A DNA stretch of 64,000 bases from an uncultured Verrucomicrobiae bacterium (GTDB lineage Bacteria > Verrucomicrobiota > Verrucomicrobiia > Chthoniobacterales > UBA10450): NCBI GenBank assembly GCA_963834385.1, contig CAWIBO010000002.1:320001-384000 (forward strand), written 5' to 3'. Below the pieces are notes generated by a model. It was not told the DNA's origin and ran no database searches. It saw only the letters and a list, made by a program, of their open reading frames with translations. Every line of letters begins with the position of its first letter. The stretch's first letter is position 1. The position numbers and the translations under genes are program-made. Below are positions 48,674 through 59,779 of the stretch, one piece after another.

Positions 48674-49949
48674 CACTACCTCCCAGGCTGATCTCGCCAT
48701 CTTCTTCGCCCGCTGGCGACGGTTTTGCCAGGCGCCAGCGCAGAATGAGATAGCCGAAAACGCCGGACACCAGCGTCCCGAGCAGAACCCCGAGGCGTTC
48801 CAGGCCGAAGTAGGAAGCGTCGCGGCCCTGCGCAAAGGCGAGCGAGGCGATGAACAGACTCATGGTGAACCCGATCCCGCAAAGAAGGGAGGTGCCGTAA
48901 AGTTTGCCCCACCCGACTCCTTCCGGCAGCGCGGCCAGGCGCAGACGCGTGGCCAGCCAGGAGAAACCCATGATCCCGATCTGTTTCCCGAGAAAGAGAC
49001 CGGCGACAATGCCGAGCGGCACCGGGTGCATAATGTCATTCAAGGAAAAGCCGGCGAGCGAGACGCCCGCGTTGGCGAAAGCGAAGACGGGCAGGACGCC
49101 GAAGGCAACCCATGGATGCAGGGTGTGCTCGAGGTTGGCCAGGACCGATTTCGCCCCAGGCTCGCCTTCAGGACCGCTCGCGCCCCGGATCGGGATGAAC
49201 ATGGCCAGGACGACGCCGGCGAGGGTGGCATGCACTCCCGACTTGAGCACCGCCACCCAGAGCGGGATGCCGAGAAGGATATAGGCGGCGGGCCGCTGCA
49301 CGTTCAGCGCGTTCAGGAGGGCGAGACCGGCGAGGAAGAAGCCGGCGAAGCTGAGGCTCATGGTGGAAAGATCGCCCGTGTAAAAAATGGCGATGACGGC
49401 AATGGCGCCGAGGTCGTCAAAGATCGCCACGCTCAGAAGGAAGGCTTTCAAGGCCGTCGGCACCCGTTTCCCCAGCAGAATCAAAACACCGAGGGCAAAG
49501 GCGATATCGGTCGCGGTCGGGATGGCCCATCCGCGCATGGCGCTGGCGTTGCCCCAGTTGAGCGCGGCGTAAATGCCCGCGGGCGCGACCATCCCGCCGA
49601 TGGCGGCGAAGGCCGGCAGACTGGCCCGGCGCAGGCTGGAGAGATGGCCCTGGAGCATCTCGCGTTTCAGTTCCATCCCGACGAGGAAAAAGAAGACCGC
49701 CATGAGCCCGTCGTTGATCCAAAGCAGAAGCGGCTTCGCGAGGCTGAAGGTGCCCACCCGGATCTCAAAGGGGAGGTTGAGCAGCGCTTCGTAAGTCGCG
49801 GCGACGGGCGAGTTGGCCACCACCATGGCCACCGCCGCCGCCGCCATGAGCGTCAGTCCGCCCGCCGCTTCCAGGCGCAAGAAGGCCTGAAGCGGGCGCA
49901 AGAGCCGGTCGATGGATCCGGAGGCTTTCTCTGCCAGGGTGGAGACCAT
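48666..49949 (-). CDS. nhaA: Na+/H+ antiporter NhaA
   Basis: WINDGLMAVFF, ATDIAF, AIFDDLGA, GVHAT, CGIGFTMSLFI. Confidence 0.97.
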   Translation of the reverse strand: MVSTLAEKASGSIDRLLRPLQAFLRLEAAGGLTLMAAAAVAMVVANSPVAATYEALLNLPFEIRVGTFSLAKPLLLWINDGLMAVFFFLVGMELKREMLQGHLSSLRRASLPAFAAIGGMVAPAGIYAALNWGNASAMRGWAIPTATDIAFALGVLILLGKRVPTALKAFLLSVAIFDDLGAIAVIAIFYTGDLSTMSLSFAGFFLAGLALLNALNVQRPAAYILLGIPLWVAVLKSGVHATLAGVVLAMFIPIRGASGPEGEPGAKSVLANLEHTLHPWVAFGVLPVFAFANAGVSLAGFSLNDIMHPVPLGIVAGLFLGKQIGIMGFSWLATRLRLAALPEGVGWGKLYGTSLLCGIGFTMSLFIASLAFAQGRDASYFGLERLGVLLGTLVSGVFGYLILRWRLAKPSPAGEEDGEISLGGSDD

Positions 49950-50077
49950 GGTGGGAGACTCTCACCAAACGGCAAACGCGCCAAGGCCCGACGCGTTCGA
50001 TTTTCCCGGGGAAAACGGCGGGTTTTACGAGGGGGCGACGGTTGCGCTTTGGAGGCTCGGCCCTACTCTGTCTGGAC

Positions 50078-53000
50078 GTGCAGGATGAAATCCCGGCAAA
50101 AAAGACGCGGCGATGGTGGCATTGGGCCGGCTGGGCCCTGCTCGCCCTCCTTTTGCTTGCCGCCATCCTGCACCGGCCGCTCCTGCAAACGGTGGCTCGC
50201 CGGGTCCTGATCTCGGTCGCCGAGAAACAGAACCTCAAGGTCCAATTCCGGCTCGAAGGATCGATGCTGGGCGATGTCACCTTGCGCAACGTCCGCGCCA
50301 CCGCCACCGGCCCGTCCGCGGTCCAGATGCTCGAGGCCGGAATGCTCCGGGTGGATTACAGCCTTTGGGGCTTCGCCACCGAGGGGATGTCCGGCCTGCT
50401 CCAGACCATCGAGGCCCGCGACGTCACCGCGGTGCTCGACCCGGCCAAGGCGCCGCCTTCTCCCGAGCTGAAGAAAAAGGAGGAGACCAAGTTCAGCCTG
50501 CCCGCCGTTTTCCCGCGCCGGTTGCTCCTCTCCGATGTGAGCCTGCGCCTGAAGGCGGACCCGCACGATTTCATCCTGGGCAATCTTTTTCTCGATCTCC
50601 ACCCGCGTCAGCCGGGCGAATTGCGGGTGGCCCTGCTCCAGCTCGCCAACGGCAAAAGCTGGCAGAACGTCACGGCCACGACTTCCTACGAGAACCGCAA
50701 TCTCGTCCTGCGAAACCTCGTTCTCGACGACGGCACCCGCCTCGACCTCGTCAATCTGGACGCGTCGCGCGTCGATGAAGGGAAGCTCGATGTGAAGTTC
50801 GACGGCCTCGTCGGCGGCGGAAGGGTCGGCGGGAGCATTGCCCTGGGCGAGAAAGGCGGTGGCGCCGAGACCACGGTCGATTTCAACGTGCAAAACACTT
50901 CGTTGGCGCAGGTCGGGCGTTCCTTCGGCCGGGAAGACACGGGCGTGGCCGGCGAAGTGGACCGTCTTTCCGTGAAAGGCCGCGGCCGGATTGATCGGCC
51001 GGAGACCTGGTCGGGTGCCATTGCGGGAGAAATTCGAAACCTGGAGGTGGCGGGCGCAACCTTTGACCGTGCCGTGGTTGACCTCAGCGCGGCGGATGGC
51101 CAGGCCAGCATCTCGAACGTGACCCTGAGCCAGGGGAGCAACAATCTCATCCTGCAGGGCAGCGCGGAACTTCCGGAGAAGCTCTCCGGGTTCGGACGGG
51201 CGCCGGCGAACATCCAGCTTCGCGGCGTTCTGCCTGATCTGGGCGAAGTGACCGCGAGGCTGCCGCAGCCAGTGACGGGCAGCGCCGAGATCAACGGCCA
51301 GGTAAAGGTCGAGGACGAAACGCTGCGCGTGGATGTGGTGGTGGCCGGCGGACCGATTGATTTCGGGGAGGGCTCGGTGCAACGGCTGCTCTTAAAGGTG
51401 GAAGCGGCCCGCAAAATGCCGCAGCCCGGGGCGGAGGAACCGTATTACACCAACCTCACCTCCGAGATCAGCGTTGACGCGACCGGGTTGCGCGCCCGCG
51501 CCTATGCGGTCGATTCGGTCGAAGGCCGGATCAGGAGTCGCGGCGAGAATGTCTCGGTCGAGCAGCTTCTGGCCGTGCGCGGGGCGAACCGGGTGACGCT
51601 TGCGGGCACCTACGTTCTTCCCCGGGATTTCGCCCGGGCCGCCTCACAGCCGGGCACGATCGATCTTGCCGTGAGCGCGCCGAGTCTCGGCGAGTTCTGG
51701 GTGGACGATTCGCCGGACCGGGTCACGGGTGCGATCGATGCGCGGGTGGCGGCAGATTTCCGCGAAGGCCTGGGCGACGGCTATTTCAATCTCCTGGGTT
51801 CAAACCTGGAGATGCGGAAGCTGACGATCGAACAGTTCACCGCGCAGGGAACGACCGGGGCCGGGACCCTTTACCTGAACGACCTGACCGCGCGTTTGCA
51901 CGAGCAGGGCTACATCATTGCCTCGGGCCAGGTGAAGGCGGAGAAGCCGTTTCCCTACGAGGGCCGTCTGCTGGTTGATGTGGATGATCTTTCCCGCTTC
52001 GAGCCGGTGCTGCGCGCGCTGGGGAACAAGGCGGAGTTGGCCGGTGCGCTTGAGATCAACTGGGCGGGGAAGGGGATCGGGGCGAAGTTTGAGGACAGCG
52101 GCGAGCTGAAGCTCGAACTCGAGGGAGGGCGCTACGGCGATCTCCGCAACCTGAAAGCGAAGATCGAGGCGGCCTACACTCCCGAAGCGTTGAACGTGCC
52201 GATCATCTTTGCCTCGAGCGACGAGATGATGTTCCAGGCCTCCATGGCCACGCGCGACAATGCCCTCGAGCTCTCGGAGGCGCAGGTTTACCAGGGCGAG
52301 TCGAAATATGCCGTCGGCTACGCCTCGGTCCCCCTCGTCTGGCAGAACATCGGCACGGATCGGCCGCTCCTGCGCGACGACGGCGACGTCTCCATTTCCT
52401 TCCAGTCGGAGAACCTCGACATCGAAAAGCTTTTCCAGGATTTCGGGAAGGAGGCGCCGGTGAAGGGCGCCGCCACGATCGTGCTCGAGGCGAGCGGCCC
52501 GCTCTCGGATCTCCGGGCCTCGCTTGATCTCAAGTTTGCCGGGCTGCGCTCGGAACAATACGACGATCTTCAGCCGGCCACCTTCGACATCCAGGCGCGG
52601 CTCGAGGACAACCAGCTGGCGGTCGATGGCAAACTGGTGCAGGCGCGCATCGAGCCGGTGACGCTGGAGGCGCGGCTGCCGATGAACGTGGCCGAGACCA
52701 TTCAACGGCGCAGCCTGCCCGACAACATCCCGCTGTCGGCGAGCGTAAAGATGCCGCGCAGTTCCATGAACTTCGTCCGCCAGTTCGTCCCGGCTCTTCA
52801 GCGCGTGGATGGCGACATGGCCTTCAATCTCGATGTCACCGGCACCGTTCGGAACCCGACCCTGCGCGGATCGGCCGAGATGCACATCAACGTCGCGCGC
52901 ATGGCCAACGCCACCCTTCCTTCCGTCTCGAATTTTGATGCGCGCCTTGTTTTCGACGGGGACACCCTCACCTTCCAGACCTTCAAGGGCGAGCTGGCCG

Positions 53001-53968
53001 GCGGGCCGTTCACCCTTTCCGGCCAGGTGCGTTTCCCGACGCTGACCGAGCCGGTCTTTGACCTGGCCTTGAAGGCCGACAGCATCCTGGTGGCGCGCAA
53101 CGACGACCTGACCGCGCGCACCGACGCCACGCTGACGTTCGAGGGGCCGCTCAACAGCGTGAACGTGGTCGGCGAAGTGGCGCTGACCAACAGCCATTTC
53201 CTCAAGAACATCGACCTGATTCCCATCGGGCTGCCGGGGCGTCCGCCGCCGCGTCCGCAGCCGCCCGCGGCCGCGCCGGAGTTCGCCTTCCCCAACCCGC
53301 CGCTGCGCGACTGGACTTTTGATGTCATCATCCGGACCAAGGAACCGTTCTCCATTCGCGGGAACCTGGCGCAGGGCGGCGCGATCGTGGACATGAAATT
53401 GACGGGCACAGGCGCAGAGCCTGCGCTCCAGGGGACCGTGCGGCTGGAGAACCTCGAGGCCACGCTGCCGTTCAGCCGGCTCGAGATCAACCAGGGCTCC
53501 ATCTACTTTAAACCCGACGACATTCTCAACCCCTCGATCGAATTGCAGGGCACATCGGTCATTCGTGACTACACCGTGCGCGTTTACGTCTATGGCACGG
53601 CGCTGGCGCCCGAAGCCGTCTTCAGCAGCGAACCGCCCCTGCCGCAGGAGGAAATCATTTCCCTTCTCGCCACCGGCACCACCCGCGAGGAACTCCTCGG
53701 GAACAGCAATGTCCTGGCCGGCCGCGCCGCCATGCTCCTTCTCCAGCAGCTTTATCGGAAAATTTTCAAAAAGGGCGACACGCAGCAGGCCAGCACCACC
53801 TCCGTGCTCGATCGTCTCGATCTCGACGTCGGCCGGGTCGACCCGCGGACCGGCCAGCAAACCGCCACGGCGCGTTACCGCGTCAACCGCAATTTCGTCC
53901 TTATCGGCGATATTGGCGTGGAAGGAGACTTTCGCGGCATGGTGAAATACCTTATCCGTTTCCGGTAA
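50078..53968 (+). CDS. tamB: translocation and assembly module TamB-like protein
   Basis: N-terminal anchor, long beta repeats, C-terminal DUF490-like SEPPLPQEEIISLLATG; adjacent Omp85 gene. Confidence 0.82.
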   Translation: MQDEIPAKKTRRWWHWAGWALLALLLLAAILHRPLLQTVARRVLISVAEKQNLKVQFRLEGSMLGDVTLRNVRATATGPSAVQMLEAGMLRVDYSLWGFATEGMSGLLQTIEARDVTAVLDPAKAPPSPELKKKEETKFSLPAVFPRRLLLSDVSLRLKADPHDFILGNLFLDLHPRQPGELRVALLQLANGKSWQNVTATTSYENRNLVLRNLVLDDGTRLDLVNLDASRVDEGKLDVKFDGLVGGGRVGGSIALGEKGGGAETTVDFNVQNTSLAQVGRSFGREDTGVAGEVDRLSVKGRGRIDRPETWSGAIAGEIRNLEVAGATFDRAVVDLSAADGQASISNVTLSQGSNNLILQGSAELPEKLSGFGRAPANIQLRGVLPDLGEVTARLPQPVTGSAEINGQVKVEDETLRVDVVVAGGPIDFGEGSVQRLLLKVEAARKMPQPGAEEPYYTNLTSEISVDATGLRARAYAVDSVEGRIRSRGENVSVEQLLAVRGANRVTLAGTYVLPRDFARAASQPGTIDLAVSAPSLGEFWVDDSPDRVTGAIDARVAADFREGLGDGYFNLLGSNLEMRKLTIEQFTAQGTTGAGTLYLNDLTARLHEQGYIIASGQVKAEKPFPYEGRLLVDVDDLSRFEPVLRALGNKAELAGALEINWAGKGIGAKFEDSGELKLELEGGRYGDLRNLKAKIEAAYTPEALNVPIIFASSDEMMFQASMATRDNALELSEAQVYQGESKYAVGYASVPLVWQNIGTDRPLLRDDGDVSISFQSENLDIEKLFQDFGKEAPVKGAATIVLEASGPLSDLRASLDLKFAGLRSEQYDDLQPATFDIQARLEDNQLAVDGKLVQARIEPVTLEARLPMNVAETIQRRSLPDNIPLSASVKMPRSSMNFVRQFVPALQRVDGDMAFNLDVTGTVRNPTLRGSAEMHINVARMANATLPSVSNFDARLVFDGDTLTFQTFKGELAGGPFTLSGQVRFPTLTEPVFDLALKADSILVARNDDLTARTDATLTFEGPLNSVNVVGEVALTNSHFLKNIDLIPIGLPGRPPPRPQPPAAAPEFAFPNPPLRDWTFDVIIRTKEPFSIRGNLAQGGAIVDMKLTGTGAEPALQGTVRLENLEATLPFSRLEINQGSIYFKPDDILNPSIELQGTSVIRDYTVRVYVYGTALAPEAVFSSEPPLPQEEIISLLATGTTREELLGNSNVLAGRAAMLLLQQLYRKIFKKGDTQQASTTSVLDRLDLDVGRVDPRTGQQTATARYRVNRNFVLIGDIGVEGDFRGMVKYLIRFR

Positions 53969-56121
53969 TGAAACCGCTGCTCCTGCTTCTTTTGCCTCTC
54001 GCCCTTCTGGGCGGGCCGGTCCGTGCCGCGGTGGAGGCACAGCGGATGGAAGAGAAGGAGGAAGCCGAGCGCGCGGTGACCAAACAGAAAAAGAAGGTGG
54101 CGCAACAGTCCAACCTCGAAATCGTCGGGGCCGATTCCTTCGCCGACAAGGTTTTGCGCGATCATCTCAAGGAACAACTGACCTCGATCGAGCAGCTCGG
54201 GCTGACCGCGCCGCGCGCGGACGACACCGCCTTTTTTCTCGAGCTCTTTTATCGCAAGCACGGTCATTCCAAGGTCAACGTGACCTATGCCATTCTGCCG
54301 GGCAGCAAACTTCGCCTGACGGTGCAGGAAGGCCCGCTGATGACCATCGGCGAAATCCGTTTCGTCGGAAATTCGGTCATTCCGCACGAGAAACTCTTCG
54401 AATATGTCGTCGGCCCGATCAGGGAACGCGAATCCAAGGCGCAGCCCACGCTGCCGTTTGTTCCCGGCGATCTCGAGGAAGGCGTGGAACTGGTTCGGCG
54501 CCTTTATGTCGCGGAAGGGTTTCTCGATGCCATGATTGATGCCCCCATCTTTACCGAAAAGGGCGATGGGACCCGGGTGCAGGTGACCATCCCGATCCAC
54601 GAGGGACGCCGCTACACCTTTGGAAAGATCTCTTTCATCGGGCCCGCCCCGGTCCCCGAGGAGCAACTCCTGAGCGAGATTCTCGATCTGGTGGCGGAAC
54701 CGTACACCGCCGCACGGGTGGCCGATATTCCCCGTCGTCTCCAGGGTTATCTCAAGCAGCGCGGATATTATAATGCCAACGTGGATGCCGCCGGATTTCC
54801 GGAACGCGCTCCGGGGGGCCGCGTTCCCGTGCGCGTCACCCTGGAGCCCGGCGCCGTTTATCACTTTGGCGATGTGCGGGTGACCGGTTTGAAACGGTTG
54901 CGCCCGAGCTACCTCGAGAATCGCTTCGATGAACTCGAGGGTGATGTCTACGATCCCAAGGAGATCGACCAGCGGTTCCGCACCCTCATGCGGACCGGTC
55001 TCTTTAACATCCTGCAAATCAACCCGGTGCCGGTCGGCGACAAAACCCTCCGGCTGGACATCACCGCGGAGGAGGCCAAGGCCAAGGAGGCCGGTGTCTC
55101 CGTCGGCTACGGCACTTTCGCCGGATACATTCTCGGAGCGCAATATCGCGACCGAAACCTTTTTGGTTATGGACGTCCCGTCACCACTTCGGCCGAAATC
55201 TCACAGCGCGGTTACAAGGGCGAGATTATTTTCGAGGATCCTTATCTCTTCACCACCGACGTAAAGCTGCGCCTCCGGCTCGGCGCGCTGACCTATCAAT
55301 TCGAGGGTTATGAGAAGTTCGAGATCGGCGTTCGCGGTGAGCTCTCGCGCAAATTCGGCAAATATTACGAGGCCGGCCTCGTCCTTCAGGCCCGTTACGT
55401 TGACATCATCAACGCCACCATCGAGTCGAAGTTTCTTGGACAAAGGCGATACCAGGTGAACAGCATCGGGTTCACCCAAAGCCTCGATTTTCGCGAGGCG
55501 CCTCTGGTCGCGCCGCGCGGCTTGGTCGTCGATCACACCTTTGACGTCGCTCTTTCCGCCATCGGGAGCGAGATCGATTATGTGCGCACGACCGCGCGCG
55601 CAACCTACTATCTCCCCTTCAGTCCGCCGGTGAAGAACGTCAACCTGGTCGAGGATGTGGAGAAAAGCGGCTTCCAGAAGTGGTTTGAGAATTCCGGCAT
55701 CGCCGTGGGCGCGCGCGTGGGAATGATTCAGCCGCTTTCAAACTTTGGCGCGAACGCCATCCCCATCGATGAACGATTTTTCAACGGCGGCAGCACCACC
55801 GTGCGCAGCTTCCCGGAACGCGAGCTCGGCCCGCGCGACCGCAAGCTGCTCCCAATCGGCGGCGAGTTTTACTCCGTTTTCAACGCCGAATACACCTTCC
55901 CGATCTACGGCGAACTGCACGGCGCCGTCTTCATCGATGCCGGCAACCTCCAGCCCGACGTGACTGATATCGGCTTCGATGACATGCGCTACGGCGTCGG
56001 CACCGGTCTGCGTTACCAGCTTCCCATCGGGCCCATCCGCGCCGACTACGCGGTCAACCCGAATCCGAAGCTCGGCGAAAGCGAAGGCGCCTTCCACTTC
56101 AGCTTCGGCTTCGCGTTTTAA
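53968..56121 (+). CDS. Omp85 family (TamA/BamA) outer membrane protein
   Basis: POTRA-like repeats, ERFFNGGSTTVRSF, GPIRADYA, terminal FSFGFAF. Confidence 0.9.
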   Translation: MKPLLLLLLPLALLGGPVRAAVEAQRMEEKEEAERAVTKQKKKVAQQSNLEIVGADSFADKVLRDHLKEQLTSIEQLGLTAPRADDTAFFLELFYRKHGHSKVNVTYAILPGSKLRLTVQEGPLMTIGEIRFVGNSVIPHEKLFEYVVGPIRERESKAQPTLPFVPGDLEEGVELVRRLYVAEGFLDAMIDAPIFTEKGDGTRVQVTIPIHEGRRYTFGKISFIGPAPVPEEQLLSEILDLVAEPYTAARVADIPRRLQGYLKQRGYYNANVDAAGFPERAPGGRVPVRVTLEPGAVYHFGDVRVTGLKRLRPSYLENRFDELEGDVYDPKEIDQRFRTLMRTGLFNILQINPVPVGDKTLRLDITAEEAKAKEAGVSVGYGTFAGYILGAQYRDRNLFGYGRPVTTSAEISQRGYKGEIIFEDPYLFTTDVKLRLRLGALTYQFEGYEKFEIGVRGELSRKFGKYYEAGLVLQARYVDIINATIESKFLGQRRYQVNSIGFTQSLDFREAPLVAPRGLVVDHTFDVALSAIGSEIDYVRTTARATYYLPFSPPVKNVNLVEDVEKSGFQKWFENSGIAVGARVGMIQPLSNFGANAIPIDERFFNGGSTTVRSFPERELGPRDRKLLPIGGEFYSVFNAEYTFPIYGELHGAVFIDAGNLQPDVTDIGFDDMRYGVGTGLRYQLPIGPIRADYAVNPNPKLGESEGAFHFSFGFAF

Positions 56122-56155
56122 GGTCACAGGGAACCGGCGGCACGGCCGGCGTGAC

Positions 56156-56618
56156 CTATTCCGCCGTCTCTTCTGCGTCGGGCTCTTCCGCGAGGCGTTC
56201 CCGGTAGGAGGAACCGTCGCTGGCGATCTCGGTGATGCGCCATTCCTCCTTCTCCTGCTTGAAGGTGTAGGTGACGGAATGTGCTTCGCCGAAGTTGGTG
56301 AAGGTGGCGGTGTAAACCGGCGTGGGCGGGCCGGAGACTTCCTGAACCTTGAGGGTCCGGGCCACTTCGGCCTCGTCGTAGTCGTTGCCGGGCACAAAGG
56401 GATTTTCCATGACTTCTTCCGCGGCCACGGCCTTTTTGATCAGCTCCAGCAGGTCGGTCGCCAGGTAACGCGCCAGTTCCTCCTCATGCACCCAGAGGGT
56501 GTCGGCGAGGAACGACTTGTAGAGGTCGTGGACCATCTTTTCCGGGGCGGGCTGGTTCCGCGGCCACGGCGAAAGAGGTGAGAACGAGGACGATGAACAA
56601 GCGGAGAGAAAGCTGCAT
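56156..56618 (-). CDS. exported hypothetical protein (DUF3828-like; frameshift ~56545)
   Basis: Signal peptide MQLSLRLFIVLVLTSFAVA in one frame, mature part VHDLYK...WRITEI in another. Confidence 0.55.
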
Positions 56619-56781
56619 GGGGCTGACTTGTCGCCTTTTTCGCTCCGAATGCAACGGAGGCGCGGCCCGGGGGCGGGGGCTGTTCCCGGGCAAGGGCGCC
56701 TTGCGAGGGGAAAGGGTCGAACCTATATTCCGGAGGCATCCGTGGCGGTCGCCACGGTCGTTCACCAGAGAGGACTCCCTT

Positions 56782-57942
56782 ATGAGCACAACCGTAGCCG
56801 AACCAAAGAAACAAAGCGTGGCCGACCGCATGAAGGCGGAGCACCAGCCGGACCAGGATTTCCTCCCGTTGCAGGGCACTGATTACGTGGAGTTCTACGT
56901 CGGCAATGCCAAACAGGCGGCCCATTACTACAAGACCGCCTTTGGTTTCCAGAGCCTGGCTTATGCCGGACCCGAAACCGGCGTGAAGGACCGGGCCAGC
57001 TATGTCATCCGGCAAAACAAACTGACCTTCATGTTGACCACGCCGCTGCGCCCGGATGGCCCGATCGCGGACCACATTCACCGGCATGGCGACGGCGTCA
57101 AAGTGCTGGCCCTGCGCGTGGACGACGCCACCTCGGCCTGGAAGGAAACGACCAAACGGGGCGGAAAAAGCTATCTCGAGCCCAAGACGCTGGAAGACGA
57201 GAACGGCCGCGTGGTCATGAGCGGCATCCACACCTACGGCGACACGGTCCATCTCTTCATCGAGCGCGGGGATTACAAGGGCGTCTTCATGCCCGGCTTC
57301 CGGAAGTGGGAATCGAAATACAATCCGCCGGAAACCGGCCTCCTCTATGTCGACCATTGCGTCGGCAACGTCGGCTGGAACCAGATGAACCCGTGGGTGA
57401 AGTTTTACGAGGAGGTCATGGGCTTCCGCAACATCCTCACCTTCGACGACAAGGATATCTCGACCGAGTACTCCGCGCTCATGAGCAAGGTCATGAGCAA
57501 TGGAAACGGCTTTGTGAAGTTTCCGATCAACGAGCCGGCCGAGGGGAAAAAGAAGTCGCAGGTGGAGGAGTATCTCGACTTCTACGGGGGCGAAGGGGTG
57601 CAGCATTGCGCCCTGGCGACCAACAACATCATCGAGACGGTGAGCGACCTGCAAAACCGCGGGGTGGAGTTCCTGAATATCCCGGACAGCTATTACGAGA
57701 CGGTGCTCGACCGCGTGGGCAAGATCGACGAGGACCTGAAGCCTCTGCGCCAGCTCGGTATCCTGGTGGACCGCGATGAGGAGGGCTATTTGCTGCAGAT
57801 CTTCACCAAACCGGTGGAAGACCGGCCCACCCTGTTCTTCGAGATCATTCAGCGCAAAGGGGCAAAGAGTTTTGGGAAGGGTAATTTCAAGGCGCTTTTC
57901 GAGGCGCTGGAGAAGGAACAGGACGCCCGTGGGAACCTTTAA
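56782..57942 (+). CDS. hppD: 4-hydroxyphenylpyruvate dioxygenase
   Basis: YVGNAKQAA, HGDGVK, DHCVGN, GVQH, LLQIFTKP, FFEIIQR..FGKGNFKALFE. Confidence 0.97.
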   Translation: MSTTVAEPKKQSVADRMKAEHQPDQDFLPLQGTDYVEFYVGNAKQAAHYYKTAFGFQSLAYAGPETGVKDRASYVIRQNKLTFMLTTPLRPDGPIADHIHRHGDGVKVLALRVDDATSAWKETTKRGGKSYLEPKTLEDENGRVVMSGIHTYGDTVHLFIERGDYKGVFMPGFRKWESKYNPPETGLLYVDHCVGNVGWNQMNPWVKFYEEVMGFRNILTFDDKDISTEYSALMSKVMSNGNGFVKFPINEPAEGKKKSQVEEYLDFYGGEGVQHCALATNNIIETVSDLQNRGVEFLNIPDSYYETVLDRVGKIDEDLKPLRQLGILVDRDEEGYLLQIFTKPVEDRPTLFFEIIQRKGAKSFGKGNFKALFEALEKEQDARGNL

Positions 57943-57952
57943 GGAGTAGCAA

Positions 57953-59138
57953 ATGCCGCATTATCAGAAACTCGGGGAGATCCCGCGCAAACATCACGTC
58001 TGGTTTCATCGCAACGGGGCCGGGCCCGGCTACAAGAACGAGGGGATCTATTACGAGCACGTCATCACGACGGAAGGCTTCAACGAGGCCTACTCCATCA
58101 TGTATCACCTGCGGCCGCCCACCCGCGTTCGCAGCGTGGAACTCCTCAAGTGCGAGGAGCTGAAGAAGGTCGCGAACGCTCCGCTCCGCCATCATCATCT
58201 CAAGGCGGCGAATGTCCCGCGGCAGGGCGATCTTTATACCGGGCGCATCCCAATGCTCTTCAACCAGGACATGATCGCCTACCGGCACAAGCCGGCCAAG
58301 ACCTACGGCGAGTACGAGTATTACCGGAACGGCGGGGCCGACGAGATCATCTTCGTCTTCAAGGGCGCCGGCACGCTCGAGTCCCCCTTCGGCAAACTGC
58401 GTTATCGGGCGGAGGATTACATCGTCATCCCGCGCGGCATCACCTATCGGCTCGTTCCCGGACAAGGTGGAGGAGGAGGACTATCTCATCCTCGAGTCGA
58501 ACGGCCCGGTCCGGATTCCGCGGCGTTATCTGAATCATGACGGCCAGATCCGCATGGGCTCGCCCTATTCCGAGCGCGATTTCCACGGCCCGACCGAGAT
58601 TCTCACGATCGACAAGGACGAGGATGTGGCCGTGCTGGTGAAGGACGGTCCGCGCTGGACCCGCGTGGTGCATGCCCATCATCCCTTCGACATCGTGGGC
58701 TGGGACGGGTTTGTTTATCCCTTCACCTTCAACGCGCAGGATTTTGAGCCGATTACCGGGACGGTGCATCAGCCGCCGCCGATCCATCAGACCTTTGAGA
58801 TCCGCGGCTATGTCGTCTGCACGTTCGCCCCGCGCATGCTCGATTATCACCCGGAGGCGGTGAAAATCCCGTGGGTGCACGACAACGTCGAGGCCGACGA
58901 GGTCCTCTTTTACGTGCGCGGCAATTTCGGCTCGCGCAAGGGCATCGAGGCCGGCTCCATGACGCTGCATCCGCGCGGCATTCCGCACGGGCCGCATCCG
59001 GGCACCATCATGGCGAGCAAGGATGCCACCCGCACGGAGGAACTCGCCGTCATGTTCGACACCGAGCACACGCTCGAGCTGACCGAGCAGGCCTTGAAGC
59101 TGGACGACGAGAAGTATCCGCTGAGCTGGCTGGATTAA
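57953..59138 (+). CDS. hmgA: homogentisate 1,2-dioxygenase (frameshift ~58458)
   Basis: MPHYQKLGEIPRKHH, PYSERDF, HPFDIVGWDG, VHQPPPIHQTF, DEVLFY, LHPRGIPHGP, ELAVMFDT. Confidence 0.92.
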
Positions 59139-59141
59139 CGC

Positions 59142-59771
59142 TTGAAACGCGACGGCCACTCAGAGTTCGAGATCGAGGAACGGCTCACGCGCGAGCCCAA
59201 CCGGCTCAAGCCCGGCAAGCTGGAGGAGCTGACCTCCTCCTTTGGCGAGATCCTCGAGGCCATCGGCGAAGACCCGGCGCGCCAGGGACTGCTCAAGACA
59301 CCGGAACGCGCGGCCCGCTCCTTCGAGTTCCTGACCCAGGGTTACCGGCAAAGCGTCGAGGAGATCGTCAACCAGGCGATCTTCGATTCCGACGCGAGCG
59401 AGATCGTCCTGGTGAAGGACATCGAGCTTTATTCGATGTGCGAACACCATCTCCTGCCCTTCGTCGGCAAGGCGCATGTCGCCTACATCCCGAACGGCAA
59501 GGTGATCGGTCTCTCCAAGGTGGCCCGGATCGTGGATGTCTTTGCGCGTCGCCTGCAGATCCAGGAACAGCTGACCACCCAGATCGCCGACGCCATCATG
59601 ACCACCCTCCACCCCGACGGCGTCGCCGTGGTCATCGAGGCGAAACATCTTTGCATGATGATGCGCGGGGTGGAAAAACAGAATTCCACCATGACCACCT
59701 CCTGCCTCCTCGGATCGTTCAAGGAGGACGCCCGGACGCGGTCGGAGTTTCTCTCGCTGCTCAAGGGCTAG
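59142..59771 (+). CDS. folE: GTP cyclohydrolase I
   Basis: [45 protein letters not shown]. Confidence 0.97.
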   Translation: MKRDGHSEFEIEERLTREPNRLKPGKLEELTSSFGEILEAIGEDPARQGLLKTPERAARSFEFLTQGYRQSVEEIVNQAIFDSDASEIVLVKDIELYSMCEHHLLPFVGKAHVAYIPNGKVIGLSKVARIVDVFARRLQIQEQLTTQIADAIMTTLHPDGVAVVIEAKHLCMMMRGVEKQNSTMTTSCLLGSFKEDARTRSEFLSLLKG

Positions 59772-59779
59772 GAGCGCGC

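Noticed and set aside
58871..59779. N-terminal 300 aa of the 701-aa ORF as part of the PTPS protein
   Set aside because: It overlaps hmgA and folE out of frame; the real start is ATG 59780 after a GGAG RBS.
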